Assembly (NCBI RefSeq): GCF_009914755.1
Contig: NC_060928.1
Source of the DNA: the human T2T-CHM13v2.0 reference genome, Homo sapiens
Strand: one strand, 5' to 3'
DNA: 64,000 nucleotides
Of this stretch, positions 1 to 12,520 are shown piece by piece. Both the position numbers and the translations under genes were made by a program. Under the pieces are notes generated by a model, which was not told where the DNA came from, ran no database searches, and was given only the letters and a program-made list of their open reading frames with translations. How positions within the stretch are numbered: position 1 is the first letter of the stretch; every line of letters begins with the position of its first letter.

Positions 1-165
1 TATATATGTGTATATACTATATATGTACTATATATGGTATATAGTATATAGTGGGTATACATGTGTATATATATGTATATACTATATATGTAATAGTATA
101 TATGTAATGGTATATATAGTGTATATATTCTCTCTATATGTAGTACACACACACATATATATAAT
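1..165. repeat. (TA)n/(TATG)n low-complexity microsatellite
   Basis: Degenerate TATA/TATG runs. Confidence 0.9.
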
Positions 166-800
166 GTAGTGGGGTAAATACAACATTTCAACATCCTTAG
201 AAAGGAAATACACAAGAATAAATTCACAAATGGAGGATGTAGGCACAAAATGCTAGGAGCTCAGAGGAGCATAATCTGGTGGGCAGAAGTTTCACAAAGG
301 AGATGGGATCAAGTTCAAAGAGCTTGACTAGACAAAGTACATCTCCTGTAGAAAATGAAAATGAGCAAAGGCATTGAGACATGTAAATATATTACAGGAT
401 TCTAAGTTGGCCTCTTGGGTTGGACTGGAGGCTTAGTGTAAGCAAACAGTGGCAGGGAAGCCTGGATAAGTAAATGGGACTGGATTATGGAGGCTTTGCT
501 GACTTATCACCAAGAAAAATATTTACTGTATTTATAGCATGTCGTTATAAACACATTTATCTTAAAATTCAAGTCATAAGTTTTAATGATGCTTTTCCTC
601 ATGTGTGTCCAAGGAATGTTGTTTTGGTGTATGGGGTTATTTCCCCAGGGGAAGAATGCTGAAGCTTTTAAGATTTTGGAAGAAGCTCATTTTCCTGGTT
701 ATGATGCATATAGATGCAGTTTTAGCAGCAAGCTTGCTGGGGCAGTGCCTATTGGTTTATTATGCATCCCTTTTAATTCTTGTTTTGTTTTTCCCCACAG

Positions 801-832
801 GTGCTTGTGTCTATCAGGATTCCTTGTTGGCG
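801..832 (+). CDS. FRAS1: FRAS1 exon 2 (internal coding exon, 32 bp; start of first VWFC domain, residues ~G26-A36)
   Basis: Polypyrimidine tract and acceptor TGTTTTGTTTTTCCCCACAG|GTGC; donor GCG|GTAGGT. Translates (phase 1 in, phase 0 out) as [G]ACVYQDSLLA, matching the recalled human FRAS1 N-terminus ...PHHSEGACVYQDSLLADATIW... Confidence 0.93.
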
Positions 833-2467
833 GTAGGTCATTCTTTACATACTTGGTTTCTGTCATTTGAATGTAAAATGCTTGATTGAAGTTCCTGAGT
901 GAGTGAGTTGACCCTATCATTGTAGAATATGTTTATTTTTCTTCAACGTTTGACAATTAGCCCTCATTCGGGCACAATGATGCTCAATTATTTAATACCT
1001 TTTCCAGAGTGAATTAGTTCTATTCAGATACTCAGGTATTGGAAGAGAAATTCAAACACTCAACACACGATTTACATTCTGTGGCTGTTCTTTGTGTTCT
1101 TTTAATCAGAGAGAAAATTAGATCCCATCCTTTTGTCAGATACAAACTGAAACACAATTTTTTAACTTCTGGTTGCATTTGCTTCCCACTTTGAACCCTT
1201 CTCCAAAAAAAGTATGATTATTAAATTAAGTAGAATAGGAAGGATTTCTGTTGTTACTTTGAATTATAAACTTAAGTTTTGGTGAACAGCAAAGAAATTA
1301 ACATTTATTTCTGAACTCTTGCCATATAGGGTAAAATTGATTTTGAATTTAATGTCAGAATGACTTGGGGGAAAGGCTGATGTAAGTCTCATGCATTTCT
1401 TTTCATTACTAATGCACTATGGTGCATAACAGTGTGTTAAAGCCTTATTGAAAAGACTGTCTACACTCCATCAACTCTAATAAATGGTGTGACAAATCAT
1501 TCTTCACCATGTTTTTATTTTGGTTTAATAAATGCTATAATAAAACTGAACTGAGATGGTTGGAAAGAATTTGCTCATTTACATCACAACCTGCTATTGA
1601 CATGTGTGATATTGATAAGTCATCCTGGATTATCCTTGTGGTATTGAAATAGCTGAGGAATATCTGAAGTATCTTAGAGTCTAGATAACTGTAGATATTC
1701 ACCATAATATCCTTGAATCTGCACTTTATATACTGTAGTTACTGCTGGAGAAGTTTATTTTTTAAATATTTTTCTATCAAAAATTAGGAAAAAGCCATTT
1801 TTATTGTATTTGTCATTCCATATCCTGCCCTGTTTATTCTTTAATATATTTTAGGAATCATTTGCTCTAAAATATATTATCACTTTTGGGGAGCTACAGT
1901 AGATATTTAGACAAGTCAGTTATCCGTGCTAATAAAAGAGAATTATTTATTGTGTAGAGTACTTCATAACTTTTCCATATATTTTCATAAGTATTCATAT
2001 GTCTGATACTTATAATAGACCAATGAAATAGGCAGGCCATGTATCATTCCATACTCTTTCCCCTTTTAATGGAAAAGATGAGAGAGAGAGATGAAGAGAT
2101 TTGCTAGAGGTAATTCACCATTAGTGGTGGACCAGAACAAGACATCCTGTCTTCTTCTGTTGTTCTGCCTATATGTGAAAAAAAGTGGCTAGACCATCTT
2201 CTATATTTAACTTTGCTATGTGTTATTGTACATTTGAATATGAAAGGATCAAGTAATTGGAGAGGTCAGTTTGATCAAGTTAAAAGGAGAAACAGCCCAG
2301 CCAACTTGAATTTATTGGATGACCTTGCTTCCCTCTGTACCATGCCCTAGCTGATCCCAGGGCTCATGGCTGCTCAAGATTAGTGGGCTGCACCCTCCCA
2401 CACCAGCACGCTCCTCATTCTTCCAGGTGACTTCTTTGCTTACCAAGGCTCTGCTACATTTGTTTCT

Positions 2468-2778
2468 TTTTCTTTTTTTTTCTTTCTTTTATTATTATTA
2501 TTATTATTATTATTTGTAAGATAGGGTCTCGCTCTGTCACCCAGGCTGGAGTGCAGGGATCTTGGCTCACTGCAACCTCTGCCTCTAGGGTTCAAGTGAT
2601 TCTCCTGCTTCAGCCTCCCAAGTAGATGGGACTACAGCTGCACACCACCACACCCAGCCAATTTTTTTTTTTTTTTGTATTTTTAGTAGAGACGGGGTTT
2701 TGGCATGTTGGCCAGGCTGGTCTTGAATTCCTGATCTCAAAGTGCTGGGATTACAGGCATAAGCCACTGAGCCTGGCC
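2468..2778 (-). mobile_element. AluS (Sx/Sz-like) with (ATT)n tail and ~26-bp deletion in the left arm
   Basis: Alu dimer; 16-bp TSD TGCTACATTTGTTTCT at 2452-2467 and 2779-2794; CTCAA|AGTGCTGGGA junction lacks GTGATCCGCCC...CCCAA. Confidence 0.92.
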
Positions 2779-2877
2779 TGCTACATTTGTTTCTGAACCT
2801 CTTCAAGCCTGAGATACTTGTTATTGTAGTTATGCAATTCAGTCTGAGAGACAATATATTTATTACAATAATAAAAT

Positions 2878-3420
2878 TATTAAACAAATATTTATTGAAT
2901 GACAATTAGAGACCTGCTATTCTATGCACTGGAATGCATCTGTGAACAAACAGATGAAAATGCCTGCCTTCATAGAGCTTGAATTCTAATAAGTAAAATA
3001 TATAGAATGTCAGATAGGTGGGCTATGGGGAAAAATATTGTGGAGGTGGAACGGATAGAAAAGGCTCAATAGGGGATGAAGGTGGCTACTTTAGATAGGG
3101 TGATAGGGAAGGCTTCACTGAGAAGGTGACATTTGATCAAAGACATACTGAAAGAGGTAATTATAAGGAGCTAGCCTGGTGGATACCCAAGGGGAGAGAA
3201 TTCCAGAGATAGGGAGCAGAAATGTAAAGTCTGAAGCAAGAGCTCCTATGGGCATTTGAGGCAGTGCATGGAGGATGGCAAGAGATAGGTCAGGGAGGAT
3301 GGCAGGGGTCAGAGCATGGTGAGCCTTGTGCAGACTTTAGCTTGTCCTTTCAGGAAGGTGGATGAGCCATTGGAGGTGCCAGAGAGGAGGAATGGCAACA
3401 CTGGACTTATCATCTAATTA
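2878..3420 (-). mobile_element. L2 (LINE-2) 3' fragment
   Basis: AACAAATATTTATTGAATG tail motif, then typical L2 segments (GCCTTCATAGAGCTT, GGGAAGGCTTCACTGAGAAGGTGACATTTGA); boundaries approximate. Confidence 0.7.
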
Positions 3421-3954
3421 AACTGCTGAAATGAGAGTGTGCTTGTTTCCAGGGAAACTATATTAAATACTTTAAAAAGACTCCATAGGGGTGAGTCACT
3501 AAAAAATTTCTGTCAAATTAAGTGTAGGAAAAACAGCTGTACAAGATTGAGAAAATATTTCAAAATCTAGAGAGATTCTGCATTCGGGTTTATTTGTAAC
3601 CACTTTAAGTTCTCTTTCCATTTTAAGGACAATGAAACTGGAAATGGTAGATGATGCATTGTGGACTTGGTTTATTATCTACATCATTCACTGCTGCTCT
3701 CTCTCCACATGCCCTAGCGTTAAAGAAAAGCATTGTGTCTACATCAGTGAAATTGGAGAGTGAATGTATGTTCATGTATTTTGAATTGAAGGGTTCAAGA
3801 ACATTACTATATGATTCTAGGATTCTCTGATTATACAACTTTTTGGGTGACAAAGGCTTCTAGTGTAAGAGGCGTCATTTTCAAGAGCTGGCTCTGAGAA
3901 TAGTGATTGGTGTCCCTGTTCCAAACTTTGTAATTTTACCCACATGCTCACTGT

Positions 3955-6375
3955 TTTAGAGGTAGAAGTGACTTGAGAAATCTCTTAGTCCAGACTGTCC
4001 ATTTTATGGATGAGGAAACTGGGGCAGGGATGTTAAATTCTTTAGGTTTGTTCATCTCCCAGGTGAGTAACCAGAAGTAGGTTATTCTGGTTGAAAATGG
4101 CAAAGCCTCAGCTTCACCCAGAGTTCATAAAGCATATCAAGCAAATGAGAGCATGGATTTAGGCACTTGCTGCTAGTATTACGCTAACTCTTAGCCTGTC
4201 TTGTGAGGATTCCTCTCACTGATTCCTTTCAATCTCTTCACTCATTGCTTAGGAAGCTGCCAGATACAGTGGAACAGTCATGGCCCTGGCGGTCAGACAC
4301 ACCTGGTTTTGACCCTTCCTCTTCTGTTACAAACCAGCTCTGTGACATAGGGCAAGTTACATCATCTCTGGAACCTCTTATTGCCCCGATGTGAAATGAG
4401 GACAAAGAAAGCCTCTCCTGAGGGTTGTTGCAAAGACGATAATATGGGAAAGACACCCAGGTGCAATGCATGGCATGTGCTTTTCTGCCATAACACAATT
4501 TCTCCTTAGCAACCAAGAAGAACAAGAGGAAGGGCCAGTTGTTAAGAACCTACTATATATTTAATACTCAACAAACCCAGGAAATAGTTTTTTTTTTTTT
4601 TTAACTTACTTTACAGATAAGGAAGTTGAGGCTCAGGAAGTAGTCAATTGTCCAAAGTTACATAGTAAGTCCTAGTGGAAAAGAGAGTTCAAACCTGGTT
4701 CTTATTCTTAAGTCATTTGATCAAGCATTCTATTTCTCACAACCAAGTCAGTCCACTTGTTGTCTCTGAACACAACTAGCTTACTTCACCACCTTCGGTC
4801 CCATATGCCCACCCCCTCCCTGCCGCAACTGCCATGCAGTTGTCTCTGCCAGTCTCTGTCCCTGACCTCCTGCTAAAGCCAGCTGTCCCTGGCTAACCCC
4901 TTCCCATTTAACTGAGGCTGTCCTGCACTGGCGTGCACCAGATTCACTATGTGATGCAAAACATGTTTAGACAGGCATGTCATCTTAAAAACATACAATG
5001 TACAGTGTATTATGTACTATATATGTTTATATATGTGTATATATGTATATAAGTGTATATATATATATATATACCTCCCCCCACTTTGTATTGTGTTGTG
5101 TTTCCCCAATTTTTGACAGCTGTTTGGACTTGCAGTGACATCCTGGGTGATTAAGTCCCAAGCATGTGTAGCCATCTCTAAATTATGGACTGATTTCAGC
5201 TCTCTCCCTTCTCTTTTCTTTAACAATCTTCTGTAACTTTCTCTTCTTTTTATTCCTAGAGTAAGAAATGACCAGAAGGGACTAAAAATAACTTGAAAAA
5301 CACTGAATAATCTATTTTGGGGTGTGTTTCTTACTCCATAATACCCATGCACCCCTGGGCTCACAAGACTTTCTCTAAAGTCAGCCCTTGTGGAAGACAG
5401 CGTGACTGTTAAATCAGGAATCCATCAGAGGGAAACTACCTAGGTAATAGGTTTAACTGTGATGTCCAGTGTGAGGAGGAAAATTAATTTTTCATTTCAA
5501 AGTTTTCACACACCTTCTGTTCTTTTCCAACTATATCAAGTATTGAAAAAACTCTCCTTTTGCATCACCACAAGCAAACACATATCCTTTTGAAAGTTCT
5601 TCCTGGGATCAATGACTTGACTCTTCACTTCAATTTTTCTGTCTGTGAAATGGAGATGAACTATTTACTTCTCAGGACTGTTGTGAAGCTTAAAGGAGAT
5701 GAACATGAAGCAACTCGTCCAGTGCTGTGACTTACAGTGCTCAATAAAGGTTGGCTGCTATTATTGTTGTTCTATAGCAGTGACGACTGGCAAGGTTGGA
5801 TAAATGACTCTTCTTCCCTGGATCAAAAGTGTTAAGTGTTGGGATTTTCCTACTTGGGATACTTTTGCTGAGAAATGCTGACAAAGTGAATCACAAGGCA
5901 CTAACTCTTAGCAAATTTGAAAGAATATTTTTCAAGGATAATTTAAAAATGTGGAATGTTGACTATATATAACACTGCAGGAAAATCCAGGCTTTGGAGT
6001 TTGAATCTTGGCACCACTACATACATGCTGTGTGGTCTCAGATATAATACTTTATACAGCCAGGTGTCACTTTCATTATCTACTTAATTGGGATTATATT
6101 TCTCCTAGGTTTGATGTGACAGTTAACTGAGAACATACTTGTGAAAGAACCCAGAACTGTCCCTGCAAGGAACACGTACTCACATCATTCAGGTGGTAAC
6201 AAGATGTCGGAGTAGAAATGAGTGAGTTATAGAGTCCAGGGTCTTGGTTCAGGTTCTGGCCCTGTAATTACTAGCTGTATAGCTTGGAGTAAGTCACTTG
6301 AATGAAATGAGGTCTCAGTTTCTAAATTAGTAAATTAAGAGAGTTAGGTTAGCTTCTCTCCAAGATTCCTTAGCC
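3955..6375. mobile_element. Cluster of MIR fragments on both strands (~3955-4050, 4270-4490, 4545-4710, 5600-5770, 5970-6180, 6210-6375)
   Basis: MIR core motifs such as CATTTTATGGATGAGGAAACTG, TGTGACATAGGGCAAGTTAC, TTACAGATAAGGAAGTTGAGGCTCAG and TCTGTGAAATGGAGATG; boundaries approximate. Confidence 0.65.
5018..5072. repeat. (TA)n-rich microsatellite
   Basis: Seen directly. Confidence 0.9.
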
Positions 6376-6590
6376 CAGTATCGTGTAGTAGAGCTTTCTG
6401 TGATGATGGGAATGTTCCATAGCTGTGCTGTCCAGTGTGGTAGCTACGAGCCACATGTGGTTATTGAGTACTTGAAGTGTGGCTGACGATACTGAGGAAC
6501 TGAATTTTAAATTTCACTTAATGTCAATGAATTAAAGTTTAAATTTGAGTAGCCACATATAGATAGTGGCTACTATATTGGACAGTGCAA
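6376..6590 (+). mobile_element. MER3 (hAT-Charlie MITE)
   Basis: CTTTCTGTGATGATGGGAATGTTC...AGCCACATGTGG...ACTGAGGAACTGAATTTT...GTGGCTACTATATTGGACAGTGCA matches recalled MER3. Confidence 0.85.
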
Positions 6591-9339
6591 CATTAGAGTT
6601 TTAAAATTCTTAACGTACTCTAGTACTTAAAATACAGCCTCATGAATGGTTCTCACCCTGGGTGGAAGCTTACTGGAGTACTTTTAGCAGTTGTGAGAAA
6701 AGTAATACAAAGTTTGTTATAGTACCTAAGTTTGCTGTTTTTGTTTGTTTATATAATTTGAACAGTTTTGAAGTCAACACAGTTACAACACTACTCTCTC
6801 CATATTGCTAAATATGTTTTCTTTTTTGTTGTCGTGGTTTTTTTTTTAAACCAAGCAATTGTTATGGATCAATGCTTTCTTGAATAAAAGAAAAGGAGTA
6901 AAATTACAGTTAATTGTACATATTCCATTAAAAATTTTATAAATTTTTTAACTCATGGGAGTGTTATCCATCATTTATATTAGAGCAGAAAAAGATTTGA
7001 GAACTTCTGGTCTAATCTGTAGACCTTGTATATTAGGGCTAAGGAGGTTTAAGGGAGACCATTAGAGCTCTTCAATGTTAGAGTCTTTTTAAAAATTGGT
7101 GTGCTATAGTGTTACTTTTTAAAACTTGAAACAGTTAACACACAAGAGATAGCCCTGTAGAAATGAAAATGTCTCAGAACTGCTTTGTCCTTGTATTCAT
7201 CAACGTGCTCAAGAGATTTTGTGGAGAAGAGAAATGAAAATTTGGAAGCTTTCCCTATTCAGTGTTTGAAATCACCACAAACAATTAGTGAATGGTGGCT
7301 AGTGGCTGCTGTTGAAACATCTTGAACTTCTCCAGCAGTGGGGAGAATACTTGGTGTCCTGAGGATGCACTCAGCGGGGAAGCAATACAATCAGCCATTC
7401 CTTAATTTCCCTAAAGATATTGGGTAATTTCTTAATACCCTTGTATTGAATATTGTAGGATATCACCATTTTAAGTTATAGTTTAGCAAAAATTCATCAT
7501 TTTTTATGCCTCTGGTCTTTATTTTAAAATACGGAGTAATATGCTTTTAAATGGGGGATGCCACTCTTTATTAAAATGTACTTATTTTGTGATAAAAACT
7601 TATTTTTTTGCAACACATCCTTACTGTGCTAGGTGTTGTCATAAATTTAGCAAGGTAATGAGCTCCTTTAACTAGAGATATTCAAGTTGAGACTAGACAA
7701 ACAGAATCGGGATGAGTTAGCAGTGGCAGGCTTTTCTGATTTGCGTTCTCACCTGTGGATAGAAGGTTAGAGCTGTGTGTTTCCGCCTAAGGAAAGAAGC
7801 CCTTACAGAAGGTGAAAAAAATCTCCTGGCACTAGAGTGTGCAGTGAAGGGTTTCTCCCCATTTAGTTCCTCAAAGGGAGTAACTTTGTACCTTTAAGTG
7901 TCAGGTAGTGAGAATTGGGCTCTAGCTGTCTCTGAGAATTTTTTTGTCCTTGCTGGGTTTTTATAAATTGTCCATCATAATTAGATGTGCTGGTTTCCTA
8001 TTTGGGAATTTATATGTTCTTAGAATAATTGTATGAGAGGAATAATACAAGAGATTTTGTACTTTTACTGATGAATAATCCATATGCATTTTTATTCTTA
8101 TTCATATTCGTGTGGTAGGAACAGATGTTTTAAGTTAACAAACACATTTCTTATGCTTTGTTTTGAATTTAGAAGATGCAGTTGAGCTTGGAAGCCATAT
8201 TAATTTGCTCGAACTATGTTACGTTTTATCATATATCTCAATTTTCTGGTCACACCATACACTTCCCTCACTTTTTCTTAAGTTTGTGACATTTTCACAC
8301 CAAATTGTCTTACAACTTGATATTTTTATTTATTCTATTTCTCTGTTTATAACTACAAAGTACATACATATGTTTATTTTCTATGTGATACATTTATATA
8401 TGCATGTGTATATATGTATAAATCCCCATAATAGAACTGTCACTAATTTATGACACCTTATGGTATTATCATGTTATAGTTTAGTTACTTTTAGAAGTTC
8501 TCTGCTTACCAAGGGAAAGATAATATATAAATATCAAATGACAATTGAGTTAAGCCAGCTTATGTTTTTCTGAAATTTCAGTTACAAATGTCTGAAGAAA
8601 AGTTGACTTTGAAAATTTTATGTGGATGACATTTTGTTTCTGTGACACTTAAACATAAAATTGGCACAAAATAAAATTTTAAAAAATAACTGAGCAGTTT
8701 TATGTAAAAGAGGCATATAGCTTCTGGTGTCCCAGCTAAGTTCTTTTAGCAATGATTTCTTAGGTTCCCAGAGTTTATAAGCTAAATGAAAGGAAGAAGG
8801 AGAGGGACAAGCTTTCACAGGAAGAAATGGTTTATTGTTAGTACCCAGGAGGCTCTTGAGTTTGGGTCGTGACCTGTGAGTTCTTTTCTGACAGCTCCCA
8901 AGATTGGATATTTATTAAATTTATGTCATTTCTTTCCTCCAAAGGGAAATTGAATGGGTGGGGGTGGGATCAGGGAGGGGAGGGTGTCTGCATTAGAGAG
9001 CAGATTTCATTGCTCTTTGTACCTTCCATTCTTGAAATGGTTCAGTAATAGTGAGCAGGAGGGAATTATTAACAGAAATAGACACTCATTCTTTGGTGTT
9101 CTTACTGTATTGAGTTTCCCTATAATCTAGAATAAACTTGATCTAAGAGATGAGAATTCAGGAACAGAAGAAATATGAAATTATTGGCTAAAAAGAAGCC
9201 TTTCCCTCTTATATTTGCTGTAGATATGTGTAGTAGTAGTGATCCAACTGGATTCCAAAGACATTTATTGATCAAATTCTGTGTTAGACCCTGTGATTGG
9301 ATCTATGGAGAATACCAAGATTAATAAGATATTAGTTGG

Positions 9340-10280
9340 AACCCAGGAACACCCTGCTTAGCCAGTAGTCCCTTTTTCCCTTTTCTGTGTTGGCAGAGTC
9401 CTGATTTTGTTGCAGTTTCCCACCCTTTCCTAGTTGTGAGCGAATCAGGAAATTTATATCCCTTTGCCAGGGATTGGTTTAGGACTGAGTGTGACTTGTG
9501 GCCAATGAGATATGTGTGGAACTGCTAATATTGTTGGGTGTTTGAAAGGACCCCATAAATAGCACCTTCCTTCCCTCAGTTCTGAACAAGTTGAGAAATA
9601 AAACAAAGAATAAATACAGAAGTCAAAATATCATCCTTTTATCTTTTAACCGATAAGCTAAGTTGGAGGATATAGCTTCAGTTCTCTTAGCCAATGGGGT
9701 TGCTGGTTCTGACCTCAGAATTGGGAAGAGTTAGGCATTCACAGACAGAGCCTTGCTGAGGCAGCTTTCCCATGCAGAAGGGCTGATAAGGCAAGAACTC
9801 CGGTTTCGTATGCTCTTGGTTGACAGGCTTGCTCCCTGGAAGAGGAAAGAAGACAGAACTGAGTTAAACATGCCTAGCTGCTCTTTTAAATTTACCAGTT
9901 AGATAAATCATGCCACCATCCTGGGGATAAGAAAGGCCTGGAGTTATGTGTTGATATCCCTGCACCTCAAGGGTGGGAAACAAGAATTCTCCATTAATAG
10001 AAGATTTTGAAGCTTAGTCTTTAAGCTTTGGGACATGAAAACATGATCTCTGGAGGTGCTGCAACCATTAGAATACCTAGCTGACACACAGAAGTTGATA
10101 GGGGAGAAAGATGGGAGACTTTGATTCCTTGAGGAGTTGGTTATTTGATCTGCTGACTTAACCAGCACAGGAACTGACCTTCCTGGGGAATTATTGTATG
10201 AGCTCAAAAGTTCCCTCATTGTTTAAGCCAATATAAATTGAATTTTATGTTACCGCAGCCAGCAGCAGTCGACCCAATAC
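9340..10280 (+). mobile_element. Old MLT1-type (ERVL-MaLR) LTR fragments, interrupted
   Basis: GCCAGGGATTGGTTTAGG...GCCAATGAGA and terminal TTGTTTAAGCCA...GTTACCGCAGCC motifs; boundaries approximate. Confidence 0.55.
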
Positions 10281-10324
10281 CCTATAATCAGATATTGAAC
10301 TCAGTACAAAGCAGTTTGGGATAA

Positions 10325-10555
10325 GTGTCAGTAGGTAGAAGGGCAGCACCATGGTGAAGTGGCAGAGCTCCAGATTCTTGGATTTAAGTCTGAGCTCTTC
10401 ACTACTGTGTGACTCTGGGCAAGTTACTTACCTTGTCTTTAAAATAGAGATAATAGTTGTGCCTATATTACAGAGCTGCTGCAAAGATAAATGAGTAACA
10501 TGTGAAAGTACTTGGAATATAGTAAATAGATGCTCGCAATTGAGAATACTCTTAT
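10325..10555 (+). mobile_element. MIR
   Basis: CTGTGTGACTCTGGGCAAGTTACTTA...TAAAATAGAGATAATAG...TGTGAAAGTACTT. Confidence 0.7.
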
Positions 10556-11866
10556 TCCAGAGGAAATCGTTTTTGATCTTGGCCTTGAAATATGGGCCAG
10601 TTTAGAATTGGGAGAGATGAGAGAAAGGCTCTTAGGATATAGGATCAGTATAAGTAAACGCATAAGTGGCAAAGGGAGTCCAGTTTGAAGCGAGAGAAGT
10701 GATGTAACACTGAGAAGGGATTTTAAAACTCCAGATCACATAGGGCCTGGAATAAGGCATTTGAATTACATTCTGTAGGCAGTGGGGATGCTTTGAAATG
10801 GAAATCATTTGCTCTTGGATTCAGAGTCTGTCAGTACAAACTGATTAGTATATTGTTGGAGATGAGATATCGGAGCACCATCCTCTGTTGTGTTCCTTCT
10901 CCTTTTTTTCATCCATGTCCAGGTGCAGTTTCTCTGTAGAGCTTTGGAGGGGGTGTGGGTGGCTCCATGTAAGTGATCATCTTCTTGAAAAAGAGAGATC
11001 AATTTGCAGACATATTCCAACAGTGAGTCAGTACTAAGTTCATTATTAGTTCAGCAAAAGTGGGTTCATGTGGCATTATATCAAGTAGAACTCCCTATTA
11101 ATAGGCATTAACCCACTCCTTTGATATTGATGTTCATAATGATCCTCCCCACCATCCCGAGGTGGTGATGTAATCTTTTTTCTTCCTCTTTATTCTGGTG
11201 AGCACTTCTCACAATTTGCCAAGATTAAATTATGCTCCAGTTAGTAATAGGAAAAAGTACATTTAGTTGTATTAAAATTTTTTGTTAAAATGGAAGCCTG
11301 ATTATTTTGTATATACTACCCTAAGTGTTGGAAAGTATAGTTTTTCTCTCATGCGGTACAACAGAACTATATTATTGTTTGCTTCTAGGATTTTATCAGC
11401 TGTATCAATTCCTACATCTAAAATATATTTTTTAAAAGAAAGATTAAGTGTGGTCAGATACTTTAAGGAATAATAGAGCTTCTTGAGAAACATGGACTGC
11501 TAGAAAAGATTCTTCATAGCCTGAGGACCTCGAGGAGAAGAGAGGAAAATTTTATAGGAATAAGATAACTCAAGTGCATAGGAAAAAGAGGGAAACTCAT
11601 GTTAAATGGCTGCTTTGGTTGCCACTTTAGAGGAATCAAACTGTTGAAGAGAAATAAGTATCCTTTTATATTTCTTACTCTGTTCATTTATGATTAGGAT
11701 GAAAAATTCTCAATAACACCAGTCAGGAGATTAATATAAAGTATAATAAAAGAAATACTGTGAGCATCAAGGCATGTGTATTCCTGTAAGCTGTTTTTAT
11801 GCGAACTTATTAAGGTCAAGGATGCTTACTCAGTAAGAGAGACTGTATCTTTAAAACTATGAACTT

Positions 11867-12187
11867 GGCCTTGCATGGTGCCTCACACCTATAATGCCAG
11901 CATTTTGGAAGGATGAGGCAGGAGGACGCTTAAGCCCAGATGTTCAAGACCAACTTGGTTAACATAGCAAGATTCCATCTCCAGACACACAGAAACACAC
12001 ACACACACACACACATTAGCTGAGTGTGGTGGCATGTGCCTATCTTCTCAGCTACTTGGGCGGCTGAGGTGGGAGGATCGCTTGATCCCCGGAAGTCAAG
12101 GCTTCAGTGAGCCATGATCATACCACTGCACTCCAGCCTGGGTGACAGACGGAGACCCTGTCTCAAAAAACAAAACTAAAACCAAAC
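11867..12187 (+). mobile_element. AluJ with (CA)n microsatellite in the middle linker
   Basis: J-type diagnostics (GGAGGATCGCTTGA, GAGCCATGATC, GAGACCCTGTCTC); degraded TSD AACTATGAACT/AACTAAGAATT. Confidence 0.88.
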
Positions 12188-12229
12188 AACTAAGAATTCA
12201 ATTTTTTTGTTTTGTAGATAAATTATTAT

Positions 12230-12520
12230 TATTTTAAATTTTATTTGTATACATTCACAGGGTGCAAATATAATTTTAGTTACATGGATATATTGCATAG
12301 TAGTGAAGTCAGGGCTTTTAGTGTATTTATCACCAGAATAATGTGCATTGTACCTATTAAGTACTTTCTCATCATCCACCCGCCTCCTATCCCCACACCC
12401 TTCCGAGTCTCCATTGTCTATCATCCTACACTCTACATCCATGTGTACACATTATTTAGCTCCCACTTATAAATGAGGACGTGTGATATTTGTCTGTCTG
12501 TGTCTCAATTGTTTCACTTA
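12230..12520 (-). mobile_element. L1PB-type (L1PB4-like) 3' UTR fragment
   Basis: GTTACATGGATATATTGCATAGT...GAAGTCAGGGCTTTTAGTGTA...TTTAGCTCCCACTTATAAATGAG. Confidence 0.75.

Noticed and set aside
474-920. ORFs 474-662, 586-870, 605-889 and 699-920 as genes
   Set aside because: Only the 32 nt bounded by splice sites match a known protein; the rest is intronic read-through.
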